A stretch of DNA of 61,762 nucleotides, counting the filler, from Choristocarpus tenellus KU-1152 (taxonomy: Eukaryota; Protista; Phaeophyceae), in assembly GCA_964200185.2 (NCBI GenBank). It is 9 parts of 9 records of this genome, joined end to end, with 100 filler letters (N's around TTAATTAATTAA, not from the genome) between each part and the next. Parts side by side here need not be neighbours in the genome. Positions count along the whole stretch, not along the records: positions 1 to 7,266 come from CAXNAD020006436.1; positions 7,367 to 17,772 come from CAXNAD020002946.1; 7 more parts are not named here. One strand, written 5' to 3'. Shown in pieces: positions 1 to 13,966 of this stretch. Under the pieces are notes generated by a model. The model was not told where the DNA came from, made no database searches, and saw only the letters and a program-made list of their open reading frames with translations. Positions within the stretch are counted from its first letter, which is position 1; every line of letters starts with the position of its first letter. The position numbers and the translations under genes were made by a program.

Positions 1-2899
1 GCGCAATTGTATCTGACCGCGCGTCGTATACATACAGTGTGTGTCGGCGATCCCAAAAAGGAACCTGTCTCTGACAAAATAAAAAATAGATTAATATCTT
101 AAATCGTTTTCTTTGGTTTTTCCCCTGTCATATATCCAAATTGTCAGAGGATATAATAATTTAAGTACCAACAGCAACAACAGTAGTAAGATAATACAAT
201 AATAGTGATAAAAATAAACTAAAATAACAATCAACCAACAAATGAAAATAATAGGAATATTAAAGGGAGTACATTAGGAATAATATATTAGTTACAATTT
301 GTTGATAAAATCAGCAATATTAATAGTAATCAAAATAACAATGCAACTAATGAGAATGATATCATCTACGACACATGGATATGAAAAAATCGTATGTAAT
401 ATTCTTATACATTGACCATACAAAGAAGAGTTTGGAGTCTAAGTAACATGTACATATATTGATAATAGTGAGGAAAGTACGAAACCCAAAGGTAATACCT
501 TTAAGAGGTAGCTGTCGTTTTAGCATTGAGTGTTGATTACTGAAGGTATGCCGTTCTCCTTTGTTTGTCCTAGATCGCGCCACTTCTTCATGTGTTGCGT
601 CCGATGCAAGTACCAAGTGGGCCTAGCACACAGCCTCCCAGTTCTCGACTCTCTACCTCCTGTTTGCGATTATTGTTGGTTATTGACTCTCCCCCCACTC
701 AAAAAATATAAGATATAAGAAAAACAAGAAGAGTCTCCCTCAACAATAACACAGTACAGTCGTTCTTACTTGGAGGGTTTCATTATTTATAGTGTGTGCA
801 AGTGATCGATGCATCACATTGTATTACACAAAAGGTGCAAGGCTGGCTGAGGGAGCATTGGTCGTATTGTATGTACCTAAAATGGCCAAGATGGGGTAAG
901 AAGCATCAGAAAATTGTAAAGAGTCTTTAAGTGGTGGTAGCACCACAGAGCTGTTATGTACTGGTGAGAGTCCTTGTGGCTCCGTGGGTAAGGAGATTGT
1001 TTGTTGCATGAATGATGTAGGTTTGAGCCCCATCAACACCGTAACTCCTTAATGGAAAAGTGTTTTTGATTATCCCAGGTCTCTGTGGCAACCACAATGG
1101 ATTGTACACCTTTACTGTCCTGTCTGTCACTATCCCACAAAAAATGCTGGACCAAGATCGACATGGCAATATTGAGGAGGGCTTGAACCATTGAACCAAC
1201 TAATTTATCCCTACAGAGGCCACTGGAAACTTGAACTGACCACCCTGATCCATTTCAGACACGAGTGAATCCCACCAAAAGTGCCTGCACCTAATACTAA
1301 GTTTAGGTACAAGAAATAAAAGGATAGCCAGCATAGAAGGTATGGGTCAAGGGCAAGGTATATACTTCAAATGTATAAGAGGATGGGTGCCTACCTGAGC
1401 TACAGAGGAAGTATGTTTGACTGAGGAGTCAAATTTCCCACTGACTCTTAGCCTGTGTTCGACACCTTGTTGAACTCTGCTCACTCAATATGCTGCTCCT
1501 ACTAATAATAGTGGTATTAATCTTTATGCAACAACAATGCTGGACAGGCCATTACTGAAACGGAATTGTTAACAACAAAGCAAGAAGAACTAATTTTCCG
1601 CTTCCCCCCTCCCAAGAAATAGTACTGCTACTACAATCTGATCCTGACGAACATAGTCACATACACTTGTGATCAACCTCTAAATAAATTAAGCACAGAA
1701 AAAATATATGAAAAGTCATAGTCATACCATGGTCCCCATTTGCATAAACGATGTGATGCAACAACAAGTGTGTCAGAAAACTGAGTACAACAGTAGTAGA
1801 GCTCAGCTAAATCATAAATATGTCGAGAGTAAGCACTTGGACATAATAAACCACAAAACACCACAGTGCTAAAGAATATATTGTGTAAATCGTAAAGATG
1901 AATGAGCGGTTTATTGATTGACTCGAAACAGTCTGATATTAACTCAATAGAGAATCGAAGCATGTGCAGAGAACACGAGGCATCGACAAGGAAACGTCCA
2001 GTATTGCGTGAGGAAGATCAAACTGAATCCTGCAGTATAAACACACAGCATCAGATGACTGACGATAACTGACCTGATTTTAATTGAGATCTCTTGTACT
2101 ATTAGGTGATTAAATGAACATACTCGAATTCGTTTTTTTGTGATTCAGAGCCCCAAAAGGATCACAATGTTCTTATAGTGCTAAGGGAAATTGAGTGTAG
2201 TTCACACTACAATGATCTTGAAGTACCTTATTCCTACAACATCAGCAACGGAGCGCCTGGCTGTAAAAAAGACCAGAGTACGCAACTGCACAATCAATAT
2301 TTTAAGAATACTTCTCATATTCACTGCTACTAAAATGAAGAAGTACCCGAGCTAACTGTTGAACTACGAGCGACACTCCAATAATGATTGTATTGCCTCC
2401 GTTCTTGCCTCGCTTCCTTCTTGTGCGTTCGGTACAGTCATCCCGCAATGTTGATCGGTCCGCCTCCCTCGAATCTTGTGTTGTACTCGGTCCACTGACC
2501 CCCCCCCCGCATTGAAAGGTCTTATCGCCTCTTTTGGGCCTCCCACGTTCTTGTGGTATAGCCCCAGATAGGATGCTTGTATCCAAAACATCAGCACTCC
2601 GAAGCAACTATTAAAGCGTAGTATATTTACTACAATAGAGGTAGGTGTGAAATACGTAGACTTTGGATACGATGTTCTTCAAAAGAAGTTTAGTGTTGAC
2701 AGACATGAAAAAACGAGATTCATTCTGGGAACAGCCTCCGTTCCCCACTAAGCTAGGATGATTTCTTGGAACTTTCGCACTATATTTATGTGTGTATTAT
2801 TATATATGTTGATAAGAAAAAGAGTCAATAGGTGTTTATTGTGGATTTGGTGTTTTGAATTTTGAATCAATCAGTGTACTTCATACCCTTTCGATGAAT

Positions 2900-3650
2900 G
2901 CAAGCATGACAAGCCACCAAGGAGAGATGCCTGTATCCCCGAAACCTTCTTACTCGATGCCGTGATATGGTGGCGTGAGGGTAGTGTTAGCTCTCGGTAT
3001 GTGGGTACTTTTTCCTGCGTTGATATGGCTCGTTCAGTATCCTTAGGAGGTAGCCTGTCGGTTTCGCGGTCATGGATACCTTATAACCTCAAGATAGCTT
3101 GTGGTTCTATGGGGTCTCGGCAGTCACAGACAAGTTAGTGATGTGATCTGAGTTTTATGGCCTTCCAATCGATCCAGATGATGGAGGTGGCATGTTTGGT
3201 CCACAAGATCCACGAAATAGAGTTGTTGACCAACCGGTCCCTTGTTATAGCCTCCATGGACCTTGGACCTTGGAGAGTGGATACCTCGACCAGAGCGATG
3301 TCGAAGGCTTTATATAGGAGCTGAATTGAGGGTGGTCGAACATGTTGTGGGCTCAAGATTTTTGGTTCCTCATCTATCTCTCGAAAGTGAATGTCTGCTG
3401 GTTGTGTTGCTCATTATAAGGATCTCGACTGGAGTTGTTCTGAGGTAGTTAGTATTGCTGTGCATGGTGGATATTAGATAGCCCAAGCACACGGTATTAC
3501 TTCCGTTGTGTCCAGTGGCTTTGTAAGGAGATGATGTAACCCTTACGATCGACTGCGAATCAATCACCCACATACGCGTCATCCAGTTGTTACTCACTCT
3601 CCAGCCCCATTCCACTCGTCCTACCTGGCTACGTTCCGAGGACCTTAATG
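2900..3650 (-). mobile_element. Possible degenerate Ty3/gypsy integrase C-terminal relic
   Basis: Frameshifted minus-strand pieces read LQGP..MEAITRDRLVNNS and VDLVDQTCHLHHLDRL, resembling the GPY/F module of gypsy integrases. Many stops; no LTR seen. Confidence 0.3.
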
Positions 3651-3949
3651 TGTTTTTCTTGTGTTGTATTTACAAGTGAAATTCCAGACGGATTCTGTTT
3701 CTCATCCCCCAGATGTTCACCGATCGATGTTCACCGATTGACATCCCCCTCCCCCTTGCCTCCCACCGCCGCATAGCATTGGCTCCATCCATGGAGAGAG
3801 AATTGCTTCCCCTCCTTTCCTCTTCCACCTCACCAGTGCAGTACATTTGACTTCGTCAGTAGAGCTCAATGTGAACTCCTACCCCCTTCGTCTCCTCTCG
3901 TAACTCTTTCCTCATTCGCATCTCCGACAACCATCCCCCCTCTTCAAAT

Positions 3950-5500
3950 GTGATTCTTCAATGCCTGGACATTCCCTGGCCCATCGTTGTTGTCTCCTTT
4001 CAATCACACCTGACGAGGTATTGCTCGCGATTGTTGAAGCATCCTGGCACCAGGCGTTTTTATAACTCTCTAGTAAACATCCCAAGTCAGACACTAATGG
4101 TGATGACATTCTTTCCTCAAACTGCCATACGTGTGGCTGCTCAATGTCGAAAGATCTAGCCTTTCCTTTGCTGCATCTCAATCCGTGATGGATTATTTGA
4201 CGATACTACTGAGAGTAAGTAGTACAGCTCCCACACCAATACTACATACCCAGTCTCTCGTCCTACTGCTCCTTTCTGGCTATCTTCTGTTGTATGGCCG
4301 TGTTCTGGGTTCTCATACTTGTGTTTCCTATTCTGGACTTGCAAAAGAAAGAGTTATGGAGAGGAGAAGGAGGATGGAGCGAGTTTGTCAGAGATGTGTG
4401 ACAAGGACTGGAGCAGGTCAGCTGCGGCAGTATCGATCCAATGTGTTGCCCCAGTGGGCCTTAAGCGTCCCCCGAGCAGAGGTCACCATGAGGTAATGCG
4501 TGTCTTAGAAGTTTTCACTTGGTTATGGAGAAGAAATTTTGTATGTTTACCTTCAATGTGTCCTTGTGTGTGTGTGTTGTCCTTATCCATGGGACGATAT
4601 CAGAGGATTGCTTCCCCCCTTTGTGTAGTGAAATATTATTTGCTTCTAGGTATACCTTCTCCATGCCACTTGTCCTGCCTTTCTGATCTCTTATGCCTAC
4701 TTCTCAATCCCCTTTTTCTGTGCTACCGTACCATCCCTTGCACCCTCATGAACAACAGTACCATGCTTGAGTCGGCAGCGATGGGCCGCAAGGCAAGGGA
4801 TGGAATGGAGGAGAAGGAGGAAGACATATTGGAGGAGGAGAAGGGCGAGGAATTGGAGGTAAGTCTGCAGCTTGCACACTCACTCGTTTCCATGCACTTG
4901 ATACTTGGCGACACACAGTAAATTACTTGTAGGGAGAGTGGGAGAGAGAGTGACAGTTAGATGGTCAGTACTCCAGAGTATTGTGTCTAATTACATACAT
5001 TACATTGACTATCGGGCTGAAGAGATGCTGGGGCGTATGTGTGCACATGAGCTGTCCACCACTGTTGCAAACAAACAAGCAAACACCGATGATCCACAAC
5101 ACACTGGTGAATATTTTTTTCATCATTTTTCCTCTTTATGTGGGACTGTTGACCCTCCACCTCTCATCACACGCACCAGAAGATAATTGAGAGTTCTATG
5201 AGGAAGGACCTTCGATGGCGGTGTCTTATCACAGGACAGACACGTTCCATGAAAATATTCATTTTTGTGTTGTTTTAGTATTTTTGGGGGGTTGGTTGAT
5301 GTTTGGATTGTGCTGACTATCTCGAGGGTATATTTGCTGATTCTCCTTGCTGGAAGTGCTGCGGACACCTTTTTGGCATGGAGGGCTTCATGTCCACCAA
5401 GGATGCGCAGTACCATAGCAATATATGTACATCGGACATACTGTATTTTGAGCGATACACCAAGTAGTAGTGTAGATGAGATCAAAAATATGTACAAAGT
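3950..5500 (+). pseudogene. Possible decayed multi-exon gene with an F-box-like start
   Basis: LLSITPDEVLLAIVE near 3993-4040 resembles an F-box motif but is followed by a stop. Strong donors remain (GTAAGT ~4215, GTAATG ~4493, GTAAGT ~4859, GTGAG ~5499) without a continuous frame. Confidence 0.3.
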
Positions 5501-5945
5501 GAGAGCAGGGGATGTTTTCACAACAGTGCATCCTTTTGGGTCAATGTGGTTCAAGAGGGTTTTGTTCGGTTTGTATGTACTGTATATTGCTCCTTATCCA
5601 AAATTTCTTATCCTATATGCCCTCAATGTTGGTGTGAGTCCTAGCAATGACCTCTTGTGTCGGATCCTCTGAGATTGAGAGTTAGAGTAAACGAGAGGCA
5701 CCCAAAGTTTATATTGACAATAGAAAAATCAACCCTCTCAAGTCAAACTTAACACTTCATTCATCGAAATATGAGTGAATGGCAAGAGATTGAATACTGG
5801 CTTACAATTAAAAATTCGTAATAACTGGGTACTTCTTTAGTTGGCTCTCAGTTCAGGTTGTATAAATTTACCACTTTTTATTTATTCAGTTATTTACAGT
5901 CATATCACGGAATTTTAGGTCGGTAGTAGTTGAGGTGGAGAGTAC

Positions 5946-6661
5946 CTTATCTTTAAATGACGCCCTACCAGTCACACCTTTTTTCGTATGTATTGCATGA
6001 ACGAAATATCCCTTGATATGGAGAGTACTTCATGGTGGTTGTTGGAGGACACTCTGAGGTAACGCAATCCACGCATTCGGAACACATCTCCACATTTTCA
6101 CACATACCATTCATTCATTGTTCGGAGATTGTGCGTTATGAACTGAATTGACTTGAGTGTTTGCGGGACGATGGAAGTTGTAGATAAACGGCCCCGAGCG
6201 CTGACCGGAACAAGAGATGAAGGGCAAACGCAGGATAACGGACAGTATGGAGCAAACTCACGGACCAGATCGTTTGCTGGACAATGACAGTTTTCTAGAG
6301 CAAAAGGTAGGTTCAGAACATTGCTCTGAGTGACAGTAGAGAATATGTGAAGACAAAATTTCACCTTTTCTGCATGCCAGTAAGCAAAAGCCACCTCAAT
6401 CGCTGGAAATAATTAGCTCTACCTTTGAATATGTCCTATTTGGTTGCCGGTACGAATAAGCACGTATATTGGAAACTATGATCATACTGCCCCCCTCCCT
6501 TTCTGATCTTTGTGTGGTTATATTACTTGAATGAAGAGATTGGAAAAAAAGAAAAATCCGCATGTTGTATTTTATACTTGTATCAAGATAGTTATTGTTC
6601 TGGAAAAGTCGAAGGATGGCGCACAGCTTACCTTCGCGTGATCTAGGGCATGACAACTGCT
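5946..6661 (-). CDS. Candidate micro-exon gene fragment, unknown product
   Basis: Exons 6661-6632, 6402-6365, 6294-6262, 6142-6108 and 5964-5946 are all bounded by AG/GT and phase-compatible, giving QLSCPRSREAIEVAFAYWHAEKKTVIVQQTIWSFITHNLRTMNEWASFKDK. No homology recognised. Confidence 0.35.
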
Positions 6662-7266
6662 CTACCTATTAGTACTCGTGATTATCTGTTCGCATCAATA
6701 TAGTCTGGGAACTATCCATACCTACCGCTGTAGACAATGCAGTATTTCTCGCATTAACAAGTACTGCTGTAAGTACCTCTTGCCCTATAACTCATTCATT
6801 GTAATGCCTCCGTTCCTGCCTTGCTTCTTGCACGCTGGGTTCAGCCATCCCACCACTCATCTCTTCTCCATCTGTGTACTCCCTCTAATCTTGTTGTGGA
6901 ACCGCCTCTGTGCCTCTGGGCAATGAATTCTTCCTTCCCACCTGGTTCTTGATCTGATATTTTTGTGGTATAGTGACAGGTGATAGGATGATGGTGGACT
7001 CTGTCATGGAAACCAGTGAATCCCATGATAACAAGTATGGATGGCGTTGATGGGGTTCCAACCTACAAAATTCATGAAGGCAACACACAGGGCAACACAG
7101 TGACAGCGATGTATTTCCTTTGGGGGTCCCTATAATTTGGCGTCGAGAAAGCATGTGCAGATCACACTAAGTACGCTTTTCCTATCCTCAAAGAACAGCT
7201 GATTTCAAAAATTGAGGATGGAGCTTTTCATTGAGGATGGACTTGACCCAAAATTGACTGGGATAA

Positions 7267-7366
7267 NNNNNNNNNNNNNNNNNNNNNNNNNNNNNNNNNN
7301 NNNNNNNNNNTTAATTAATTAANNNNNNNNNNNNNNNNNNNNNNNNNNNNNNNNNNNNNNNNNNNN
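7267..7366. other. Artificial contig spacer (44N-TTAATTAATTAA-44N)
   Basis: Exact 100-bp linker with stop codons in all six frames; occurs 8 times in the window. Confidence 0.97.
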
Positions 7367-7406
7367 GGGGTGGGGGTGGGGGTGGGGGTGGGGGTGGGGG
7401 TGGGGT
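7367..7406 (+). repeat. (GGGGGT)n microsatellite at contig end
   Basis: Seen directly; G-quadruplex-type tract next to an assembly break. Confidence 0.9.
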
Positions 7407-8025
7407 ATAACCAAGCAACCATTACCATCTGGTGGAAAAAGTGAATGGTGATGCAGTGGAGGATTGGGGACAAAGACACCACAATGGTCTAGCTCACTCA
7501 AGACACTGACTGAGCAAAAAAATTCAACCATACTCCTCCAAAGAAGAGCAGTTAATCATTCTGAACAACTTGCACAAGCATCATCATTAAGGATTTCAAA
7601 ATTCCTTCAACGAGGATCAAAACATGACTCAAGGGGATGGCCAGTGAAACAATCAAGACACGCTCATGAAGAGTGTCCTTGAATAGCAGCACATAGTCAT
7701 GGAAGCCTAGAAAACAGGGGGAGGGTACACAACAGCACTTCTACTTTCATTTCAGTCATGAGAACCAACCCACACTCCGAATAGAAATCAGAAGGACGAA
7801 TGGGGGCAAGGGTAAGACTTGGAAGAGAAGAGGCAAAGGGAGGAGTTATATAGTTTTAAAAACACATACGTAACATACACACAACAGTGCAAGCTCAATT
7901 TCACCAAAAAAAAAAGCGGATAAAACCGATAAATGCCCTTTTTCACCTCGACTCAAAATCCAACAAAATATAGGAAACTCCAACAACAACACCACACGGA
8001 AGGAAACAACAACAACTCGCTCTAT

Positions 8026-11000
8026 CTACGGTCTTGTTGAGGAGCCCTCGGCGCCTTCTCCTCCGGTTGCAGCACCCCCCTCCGCACGTGCAACCAATGC
8101 GTCATGCACCCACTTCCCCACGAGGTTTTCCCCGGTGGCAAGAAAGTGAGCAAAATGTGTATGAAGACACTTGATTGTCGCAGGCTTGTTAATACCCGCG
8201 ACCCCCGACGTCAGGCCCAGTGCTTGGTCCCACCTGTTCCTGCGAACGATGGCCATGTCCTCGTCCTGTGTGTTTTTGACACGAGACGGTTACGACACCA
8301 TGAGGAAGGACTGAGTCGATGAAAGACGATCGTCTGTATCTAGGGATCAAAAACACAAGTCGTGTACCACTGTGAGCAACCCCACCATGAAACCATGAAG
8401 GGCTACACAGACGACAGTGATCTCGCATCCACATTTGGACGTGGCGCATGTAGGCCTCCCTGCTCAGGATGAGCAAATAGTTACTTCAAAATTTGCACCA
8501 AAAAACAAAACACCGATCTGTTCATGGTGCAACCACCACCGTATATAATGATGGTGCTGTAACATAAACTATAGCTGTGCAATATCGTAGGTACTCCCAT
8601 CGGATTAGCACTCACAAAAACTATACATCACCAACGATGCTGTACAGGTGTGACTGCATAAGCTAACCAAAAGTATATCACAGATACTTCAACCATCACA
8701 CATGAAACGGGGCCGTCTTGTGACCGTATTGGCTATACTACAAAACAACATACAGAGCACAAACGAAAAACCTGCGTACACATACAAATACATTAATATC
8801 TACCAAAATACTCTACATACAGTTAGTACATGAAGTACATGCCAGCCTGATCGGGTAAAGTCAACAGCTGAAACAAAATAAAAATAACAAAATAATATAA
8901 ACAAGCTCGCCAGTTGAAACGCGCAAACTATATCTATACTTCAATTTCTAAAACAAACACACTGGTGTACCAGATCCTGCACAATTACCCACAGCACTAC
9001 TACAAAAACAGAGGAATGAGTAAACGGCAAGTGAGGAGGGGGGTATTGGACACACCGTTAGCATACTCCACCGCTCCTCAGCATACTCTTTGTGCGCCTT
9101 CTCCATGGCAATCAAAGATTCTTGATTCCCCTGGATAACGCGATAAACAGTTGAAGATGACGGACTGGAAAAAAAAAAGGTGCGGGTTCTAAATACGCAG
9201 TGAAAATACACAAGATACACAAAATAGATACAGATGCACAGACCGTACACAGCAATAAAACAAAAAATAATAGGTGACAAATGAAAAGAAACAATAACTT
9301 TGTACTGGTCTTCACTCTTGTGCGTGTGCGTGTGCGTGCGCATGTGAAGCGCCAAGTCAGTGGGAATATACCAGATCTCTTCAGAGGCAGGTTGCCAAGC
9401 ATATCTGGAAAATTACTTATTTCCATTGATGAAGAAATTGGAGGTCGGTGGAGTGACTAAACCAAGTATCACATATACCACCTACGGTGTGAATGATTAT
9501 AGACACACACTGTCTCTGGTTTGTTGGGTAATCATACTATACAAGTACCAACCAGTGCATCACAACCCTGTATAAGAAACCACTGCACTGAGTGCAAAAA
9601 ATAATGATGTCTGAGAAAAAACTCGAGGGTAAATATCTAATGTCACATAAGCACAGGAATTGTAGGAAACACTCCACAGTATAAGCCACTGGCACACTAC
9701 TCAGTATTAACAGTTGGGACCATGACAAATAAGAAATATTAAGTCGGAGGATCACTCTGAACGAAGCAAACAAATGAATACAGGAAAAGCATGCCAAGAG
9801 GAAAAGAACCTTTCAACAGTACTGTAGGAAGTCCAAATCTATTGAAATATCCCTCTCATGATCCATTGAGTAATCAGCAAACATATATATATATATACCT
9901 ACATGGCTACATACACGCATGCAGAGGGAATAATAGACAAGAGATATTTGCTTGCTCACCTGCAGGCGTTTCTCCCACTCAACAACAAGGCCGTTTTTTT
10001 CTAGATGTGATATGGTTGCCTTGAGAGCAGGACAGGAGAGCCAGTACATGGTCGGAAATGGCTGAACAAGATCAAAAAGATTGTCACAACGAAGTGTGCA
10101 TTTGAGGTGTTGGGAGCGGGGGCCAGGAGGGGAGATTAGGTTGAGGGGCGAGGGACACTGGGTGCAGCAGAACGGAAGACTAATTGAGGATTTTTGCACC
10201 AGGAGATTGTTGTTCTGCTCAGAGTTGAAGACCATGGCAACAATGCCATTAAAGAAGATATAGGACTATATTTGTTCGCTCGCGCAGGTGTGAGTGTGGG
10301 TGGGTATGGTGTGTCGTTGAGACCACTAAAGTTACAAAGGTATGACGGACAGGACGGTCTAGTTCGGCATTTATCAACAAGTAACCACAGGAGCAAGGTG
10401 GCAATCTTTCTTATGTTCTTGGTGCTATTGGTCGATTACAGAAACCATCAGGGAGCACCCATAATTCACACCCCAAGGTGGAGGCGTGCCAACACTCGCC
10501 AAAATGACAATTTCCCCACGATAGAAACCTAGTAAAAAATATCGCAAAGAGAAATGTATAGAGTCATTCGCAACAAGAAATTTTGATTCCTCCAGCAGAT
10601 CATGCCAAGGTTGCCCACAATAGAGAGTAGACGCCTTCGTCATCTTATAACGCAGTTTCACGGTAATTAGGCTTGAAGTAAATAGATTTACTCTACATTG
10701 CCCACACCCAGTCCTAGCTGTATTCACGCAACTCTATCACGCTCACCACAACGCTACTCTTGAAGTGGGGAATGCCTCAGCGTAGAAACGTATAGCTCAG
10801 AGAGTAGGTACAGAAGAAGATCTACTTGCAGTTGACCACCCTTACTTACCTGTCGTTCCGTGTTTCCCGCTCGTACTCCTTTTGGGGACACTGCCAAGGG
10901 ATACAACTTCAAAACAGTCGGTTCTCCTGAGGAAGAAGAATGCAGCGAGATGAAGAAGAAAGGGGACTGAAGGTTACATAGTGATATAGGTATGCTGCAT

Positions 11001-11338
11001 TCCCAGTTTTCCTCGCCGAAGAATCTTCCAAAGTTGCAGCCCATCAATCCCACCAATATTCGATGGCATTGGTATCACTATACGGTCCTGAAGGTCTTCT
11101 TCTCACCTGTGTCTGCGCGAGAGGCAACCGCGGCAACATTTGAAGGGACAAAACCCAGTTGCTTTGCGATCAGGTCACTGTCTTCCTTGCTTATTAACCT
11201 TTGTCCAGCGAACCCTTCATCACCAGCGAGCTCCCTGGCTCTCTTATCATAGGAACGTCGTGCACGTCCTCTTCGTCGTCCGGTGAAGTTCCATGGAGCC
11301 ATCGTCATTGTAGCCGTAGGTCTCTCACTTGTCGGCAT
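8026..11338 (-). CDS. DUF501-family protein (Rv1025-like), 5 exons, ~241 aa
   Basis: Exons 11338-11107, 10926-10850, 10061-9960, 9130-9056 and 8265-8026; all introns GT-AG and in phase (726 nt including stop). Family motifs: DLIAKQLG, PFPTMYWLSCP..ISHLE, AHKEYAEERW, GVAG..IKCLHTHFAHFLATGENLVG. Confidence 0.9.
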
Positions 11339-13966
11339 GATGTAATCTCCTGACTTACACTCCACCCTGTCACGTCTTGTTCAAGGACCACTTCCTTACT
11401 GTACTAATACGAGATGTATACGGGACAAATTCTCCACTTTGAAACTTAAAACATATTTTATTTATTATCGAAAGATTTGTGGTGTATTTTGACGGGAAAA
11501 CGTGGTGAGTTTTGATCGATCTGATTGGAGGATATAGGAATAATAATAAATATAGGAAAGATCTCGAAATTTGACACCTCTTCCAAACCAATCAAACCAA
11601 TCTAGACATTGCAATATTTGGAAAACCTCGATTACAATAATGATGTAAGACACCTCTACCACATGAAAATGGAGGTGAACCTTTCCAGGTAACGTATCCA
11701 CTTAGATGTGAGTCAACCACCTCTAGTTTGTTTTTAATTTAAAGGGGATGAAACCCCCAAATAAAATTTGAAACAAAACCAGGTGCGATACCTTGGCAGG
11801 AAGGTAGCTATCACAGTAGTCCACATATGTATTTACAAATGTTTATCATAGAAGCAGTTTCATCCCCAAACGGTCACAAAAACAAATATCAGCACGAACC
11901 CAAAGAAAAATGCGTATTTATGAAGAGAAGGATGAGGGAAAGTGATTTCGAATCATCATTGTTGTGTTTTTGAATCAGATACTACTGGTGCTGAGTTGTA
12001 CATCAACCGAGGGAAACGTACAACTGCAAAGTAAATGTTTTGATCTAAGAGTTTACAGACTTGATTTGGGTAATCACGGTTGAAGTTGTTGTAGAAGTTA
12101 GGCGATTTGATCGAGTGAAAGTATGTTGCATTACCAAAGTTTCGGTGTGGTCATCATCCTCGTATGTGTCGCTGATGTAGGATAGTTGAAATTGACGGTC
12201 TTCCACAGTTAGTTGTAGAACCCCCTACTCTACACCTAGGTATGGATAATCAAATGGGAATTAGGATCTCTTTCTATCCTTCTATATTGCCATACCATAC
12301 CTATCATATCCCTTTAGTACAGAGTGTGCGAGAATTCTATATTATGTTCTTTCTTTGTGGGTCCAGGTTTGACTTTTCCCCTCAGACAGGTTTTGTTACG
12401 AAATTATTAAGTCGAATTTACCTGGGGAAGGAAAGTTATGCATAGACCTGGTGGTTACTCGCTCTCTGAACCTGGTTTGACCACCTCTCCCCCTGCCCTT
12501 TGCTATTATCATTACGGACCTGTATGATCTCTCCTTCCCAGAAGAAAGGCACAACGGAGCTCAGCTTCCATCTCACTATATCCACCTGCTCTATCTCCTC
12601 TAACCTGCTCTTTTTCTATGTCCTAAACAATTGACACCAAACGGAAGTTCATGGTTGTGCGTTGAGGTTTATGGACTTTTTGATAGATACAAAACGGGTC
12701 AACTTCAATGACGGATACTCTTGTTTGTAATTTATTTGTTGGTAAGGGGCATTCATCCTATTGTACACATCTCATTCATGACTCTCGCCCATTCTATGTG
12801 CTAATATCGACCTGAGCCTTAAAAGCAAGCACCAAAGTATACAAGATACAAAAACAGAACAACAAGAGGAAAGGGAGAGGAGGGCGCAACAGCAGCACAT
12901 TAAATTATGTTGAATCGACATAATGTGCTGGGACATGTTAGGACAATCGTTAGTAGCATAAGCACTTCTTTCATCTACTCTGCCGTTCACCCGAAGTTTC
13001 GATTTCGAGTCTGCAAAACATCCCAATATTATGAGTATATTGTGCCTTGTCACACACAGACAGTAAGGGAGGAACATACGGTTAAAAGTACTCTGGCGTA
13101 CAAGGGATGACAACAAGAGCATCCATATAGTCCAACCTACCATCCAACCATACTACTCCTGTTGTTGCTAATCGTTGGCAGTATAATTTAGTCCTTAATA
13201 TTGCAGTATCAACCCTGGCCTCGAGTAATTTTACTACACCCAGATTTGCTTGCATAACAAAACTTCAACTTTCAAGGTTAAAACACGATAAAGTATTTTC
13301 TGAGTAGTGCACGTTTTAAAGTAGATGATGACTTTAAACTGGTCGAGAGAATTTGCTCGACATTGGACATTCTAAATATCTTCATCCTCGTGCTCACCCT
13401 CTGGGAAGATGCCATAAAGGAGATGTTCATGGTCGTTGTGTGGAATATGTGTGGTTCTCTTTTGTCCATTCTCTTGTCCAAAACATTTTAGGGTCGAACA
13501 AATAGAAAATAGGCGAGTATATCGATCCGAAGAATTTCGGATTTGATTAAACTGCCATATAATCGAATCGGACCAATTCAATCACTAAAATTCATAAAGC
13601 TAGTTATATATTATATTGTTGAAAAATAAATTGATTTAGGACAAATTCTTTTTTTTCCTTTCTCGAAGTCGAACGAAGAGATATATGGTGTTGGGATCAG
13701 GGATTGGCATTCTTGAACTTCTTACAAATGGTAGGTCTCCATTTTTTATTTACAATAGAATGGACTTACTATCTTAGTTGTTTCACCAAAATAGAGCTGG
13801 TAAGCTGGCTGTATATATACTAATGCTTGTTTCAATCTATATCTAGAAGATCTTCGTTAACCCAAACGCCCCTCACAAGTCCCCTCAAACTACTCATCTG
13901 TTGGACCCATCCTGCAAGTTTTGGTCTCGGTCTCGATAAGCACGTTCTGCAAGTTTTCTCCATATC

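Noticed and set aside
824-1300. Coding-like minus-strand stretch
   Set aside because: Stops in all frames and no recognisable motif.
2302-2607. Overlapping minus-strand ORFs with a faint piggyBac-like YHKNVGG
   Set aside because: The expected following VD/DQ motif is not in register; insufficient evidence.
7311-7322. TTAATTAATTAA palindrome recurring eight times, superficially like a repeat array or recombination site
   Set aside because: Always centred in exactly 44+44 N; it is an artificial six-frame-stop linker.
12420-13500. Possible minus-strand exons between DUF501 and HSP20 (HEHLLYGIFPEG|VVWLDGRLDYMDALVVIP|YSKSKLR)
   Set aside because: Two junctions are phase-compatible, but no start, end or homology could be established.
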